Below, piece after piece: positions 60,576-64,000 of a stretch of 64,000 nucleotides of DNA (positions are counted from its first letter, which is position 1; each line of letters starts with the position of its first letter). Origin of the DNA: Azolla caroliniana (taxonomy: Eukaryota > Plantae > Polypodiophyta); the NCBI GenBank assembly GCA_043228905.1, contig JBHGNT010000001.1, positions 24,924,001-24,988,000 of the forward strand, given 5' to 3'. Position numbers and translations under genes: made by a program. The notes beneath the pieces are model-generated. The model did no database searches and was not told where the DNA came from. It saw nothing but the letters and a program-made list of their open reading frames with translations.

Positions 60576-62800
60576 AAAAAGGTGTGATGATATCATGGGC
60601 ACCAATAACTTCTTTAATCTTCTTTCAACAAATTATTTCACTTCTCTAATTATATGCTTGAACCGGATTATGTGATGACCCTGGTCTATTGGGAGTAGTT
60701 GTTTCCATTATTGGAAAGCTTGTTGTATGTTGTACATTTTGTATATAATGGACGATTGAGGGTGCTGTAGAATGTATGAGAAAGTACATGAACTTGTGTC
60801 ATTTATTTTTTACTTCAATAAAAGGATCTCCCCAGCAAGCTATGGGCGATACTCATTCTTGACTCATGATTCACACAAAACGTTTGAATTCAATCATGAT
60901 GAGATTTCCAATCCGTTTAATAGTATAAGTCCTCAACTTGAATGATTCTTCCATAAAATCAATCATTCCCTAGGAGTTCACTAATAAGAATATGCTCATC
61001 AGCAATTTGATTAGTGAATTGACATTATAGTAAGTTTAGTTAGTAGCATTGTTATTTATCTTGTAGTCATATGGAAGACAATCCAAGCCATGTGACATAA
61101 GGGTTTCTAAACATAATTGTAACTTGAAGATCGGAAGTTTTATGTTGTTCGAGATGTCAAATGTTTTCATGAAAATTGAAAATCTGCGAGGCATGAGACA
61201 CTACTATCTACAACCATGCCAAGCAGCCAAAAGTGTACAATTATGAAGATAAATATAATGGTTTTGAATCAAATGCTATCACTTTTGTAATTTAACTCTT
61301 AGATTGCTTACAAGGCTCAAGCCTATGAACAAAATCCCTCTAGAACTCAATGGAACTAGGCTCCATTGAACTCAATTAGCAAGGTGCTTCATCAATAGAA
61401 ACTAATATACACTCGACTTATCATTTCCATTATATTGTCCACCTTAAAATTTATTATTGTTTCTTCCCATTAAATAACTTGGTTGTACAACGCATGCTTT
61501 ATCCAAATTCAATCATGCATTCCTCATGTATTAGCTTTTAATGATGAAGTACTTGTAAATATTCTATTCCAAAGCTTACTTCGAAACAAAGATGCTTTAG
61601 AATTCTCGCGGAAAAAGTGAATAAGATTGATGGCATAATCTCATATAATTTCAAAAGAATCAGCTAAAGGAGATAAGCTATACTCATTGATATTAGCACT
61701 GAATTGTTATATGGTTATGAAATTCTCTTTTTTCTAACAAGGTAGATATATAAAGAGGGAGAAAAGGTGGAGCATCATTTTTGTGGTGTTTGTTGGATTG
61801 TAAACTCTTTTCAAAAAAATGTATGACATTGTCATTTGTGTTAATGCTCACATGTACGTAAAAGGGAGTGGGGTCTACCCTTCTTCACTTGATCTTAAAT
61901 AGATCAACACAAATCTTGGATGTACATTAATTTGTCTTTCAAATCAAACAGATAGTTTGCCTTGCACCCTTATATCTCATTAGTTTGTCTTGTCTTTTTT
62001 AACTCAACTTGTCGAATTCTACTCACCTAACTCCTCTTGACTGAATCTTCTCCTCATCCCTCTCTTCATTCTCCCACATGATTGTTTGCACATCCACTCA
62101 TCCCCTTGTTCGTGCATTTGCATATCCTCCGATTCTATCTTTTGAGATTCATGACATTGAACTTCTTCGCTCCATTTATTGTAACCATGCTACAAAAACA
62201 TATGGCATAAGGTTACTAGTTTTAAAATCTAGGTTCCTCTACAAAATGTCCATTCCATATTATGACCTTCTTTTAAAGCTTCTATGTTCCAATATTTCAA
62301 TTCTTTTTAAATGATAGCAAAATCATTAGTATGTTTGATGTAATGGAGCATTCAAATTGTGTCTTTATAGTCTATCTCTAGGGGATTGTGCATAAAACAC
62401 CCAATCATGTGACAATGGAAGTTAGATAAAGTATTATGCTCATCAGGTATGTTTTGTTGCTCTTGTTCTATGGAGATATGCACACATTTTGAGGATACTT
62501 ACATAGTCGCGTCATATAAATTTGTACACATGTTGGATGCCATGAATAATTGAATTGCATGTTTAAAGTTTTGTGATGTTGTACATGTTCATGGAAGAGT
62601 AAGAGGCAAAGAATAATATGGTAATAATGAGTGTGGGGGCCGATCTCTATGAATCATAGAAAAGCAATCTTGATGTCATCAAATATCTTCTCAAAGAAGA
62701 GAGAACTCTATACATATAATCTAAGTACACTAAATCAATCAAACATGCAAATAAATTGTATGTAATTAATAAGCAAAAACTATCTAGCTAGACTTAGCAA

Positions 62801-63010
62801 TGAAGGGAGGATGGAGACTTGCTATAATCACTAAGTAGATTGTGTGCTTTTGAAAATGTGTCGCTCATCTGGCTAAATTGCATAGTCTACCTTGACATTC
62901 AAAACATTCACATCATGAAGGGAGGATAGAGACTTGCTATAATCACTAAGTAGATTGTGTGCTTGTGACAATGTGTCTCTCATGTGGCTAAATTGCATAG
63001 TCTACCTTGA
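62801..63010 (+). repeat. Short tandem duplication (two copies of about 95 bp, 115-bp period)
   Basis: tgaagggaggat...ctaccttga at 62801 and 62916. Confidence 0.85.
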
Positions 63011-63660
63011 GATTCATAAAATTTAGCTATAAAAACATTCACATCTATAGATGAAATTGTAGTTGGGAAGTACTTAACCCAAAAGTACCACCCAAAGTAA
63101 AAGTACTTTAAATATGGTTTTCATATTTGTAAAATACTTATAAATATGTACATTATATAATATTGTATGCAATTTTTCAAAATAGACTTACAATGTGAAA
63201 CAATTATGATTTTAAACACTAGATCACCCCATATTGTTGACAGCTGTTAAGTCCATACAAGAAAAATATGCTTACTTTGGGATTAAACTGAACTGTTTAC
63301 AAGAAGACCCCAACAATCTATATCGCTTACCTTGAAAAAACAGGATCATGCAACCCATGCAAAGTAGCACACATTGTAACAACATCAAAGCAATATAAAG
63401 TACACAAGGACATCCACATAGTGTCCTATTGACACAAAAGTTTTGAAACTATTTGCAAAAATGCACCAAACTCTTTAATTTTAGCTTCAGCTAAAAATGA
63501 GGAAAATGCAACTAAGTCTTTAGTTAAAATGGACAAAAATCATGGTTCAATGTTACCTTGAATCTTTAGCTCCAAATTCATAGAGATAAACACAAATGTG
63601 TAACTTATTCCTGTATTAGGAAACAGAGCATGGCTAGTGTTGCTTAGGGAAATTTAGAAG

Positions 63661-63860
63661 AGGGGGTAATAAATAACAATCGGCAACGGTTCGGTTCGGT
63701 TCGAGAGGGTCCAAACCAAACCATTTAAAAAATTTGAAACTTGAACCAAACTGAACCGAACCGCGAAACCGTTAAATCGAACCATCAAACATGTTTCAAA
63801 CCGTTAAACCATTAAACCATAAAAACCGCAGTTTCGTGGTTCAGTTTCGGTTTCGGTTTT
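63661..63860. mobile_element. Probable non-autonomous DNA transposon/MITE end with CGGTT/AACCG subterminal repeats
   Basis: Clustered cggttcggttcgg and aaccgaaccg motifs in both orientations; termini not resolved. Confidence 0.4.
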
Positions 63861-64000
63861 CAACAGATGTCAAATTTTAATTTAAAAATTTTAAAAATTT
63901 TAAAAATTTTATTATTTTAAAATTTTAAAATTTTAAAGATGTTCCTAAAATGTGAGAATAAGGTCTAAAAATGAAAAGATTATTATTATTTTTAAACTTT

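Overview
Eukaryotic land-plant genomic DNA, probably from a fern or another non-seed plant (inferred from a Tcn1-type chromovirus, the LINE type and the IDD gene). Bases 1-49 kb are a multi-layer nest of retrotransposons that can be reconstructed from LTR termini and target-site duplications (TSDs). The nest holds Ale-like and Tork/Tnt1-like Copia elements (one fully intact and very young, 32942-38286), an Athila-like Gypsy with an extra 3' ORF (2866-13040), a Tcn1-like chromovirus (28025-49056), solo LTRs and LINE fragments. Bases 49-64 kb are AT-rich intergenic DNA with one intact three-exon INDETERMINATE DOMAIN (IDD) C2H2 zinc-finger gene (57067-60575). Four observations stand out. (1) An intron-containing, pseudogenised gene at 24.7-27.8 kb encodes a ParB/Srx-like domain fused to a bacterial-type beta-class amino (6mA/4mC) DNA methyltransferase with a DIPY motif. 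(2) The Gypsy element has no polypurine tract; a second, inverted tRNA-Arg primer site lies 2 nt from its 3' LTR, suggesting tRNA priming of both cDNA strands. (3) Three different Gypsy-type LTR families carry an antisense tRNA-derived A-box/B-box module at the U3 edge. (4) The young Copia has a 286-bp flanking duplication and a clipped LTR end, consistent with one-ended integration. All alignments were done by eye; lineage names and tRNA identities come from recalled family knowledge and need database confirmation.
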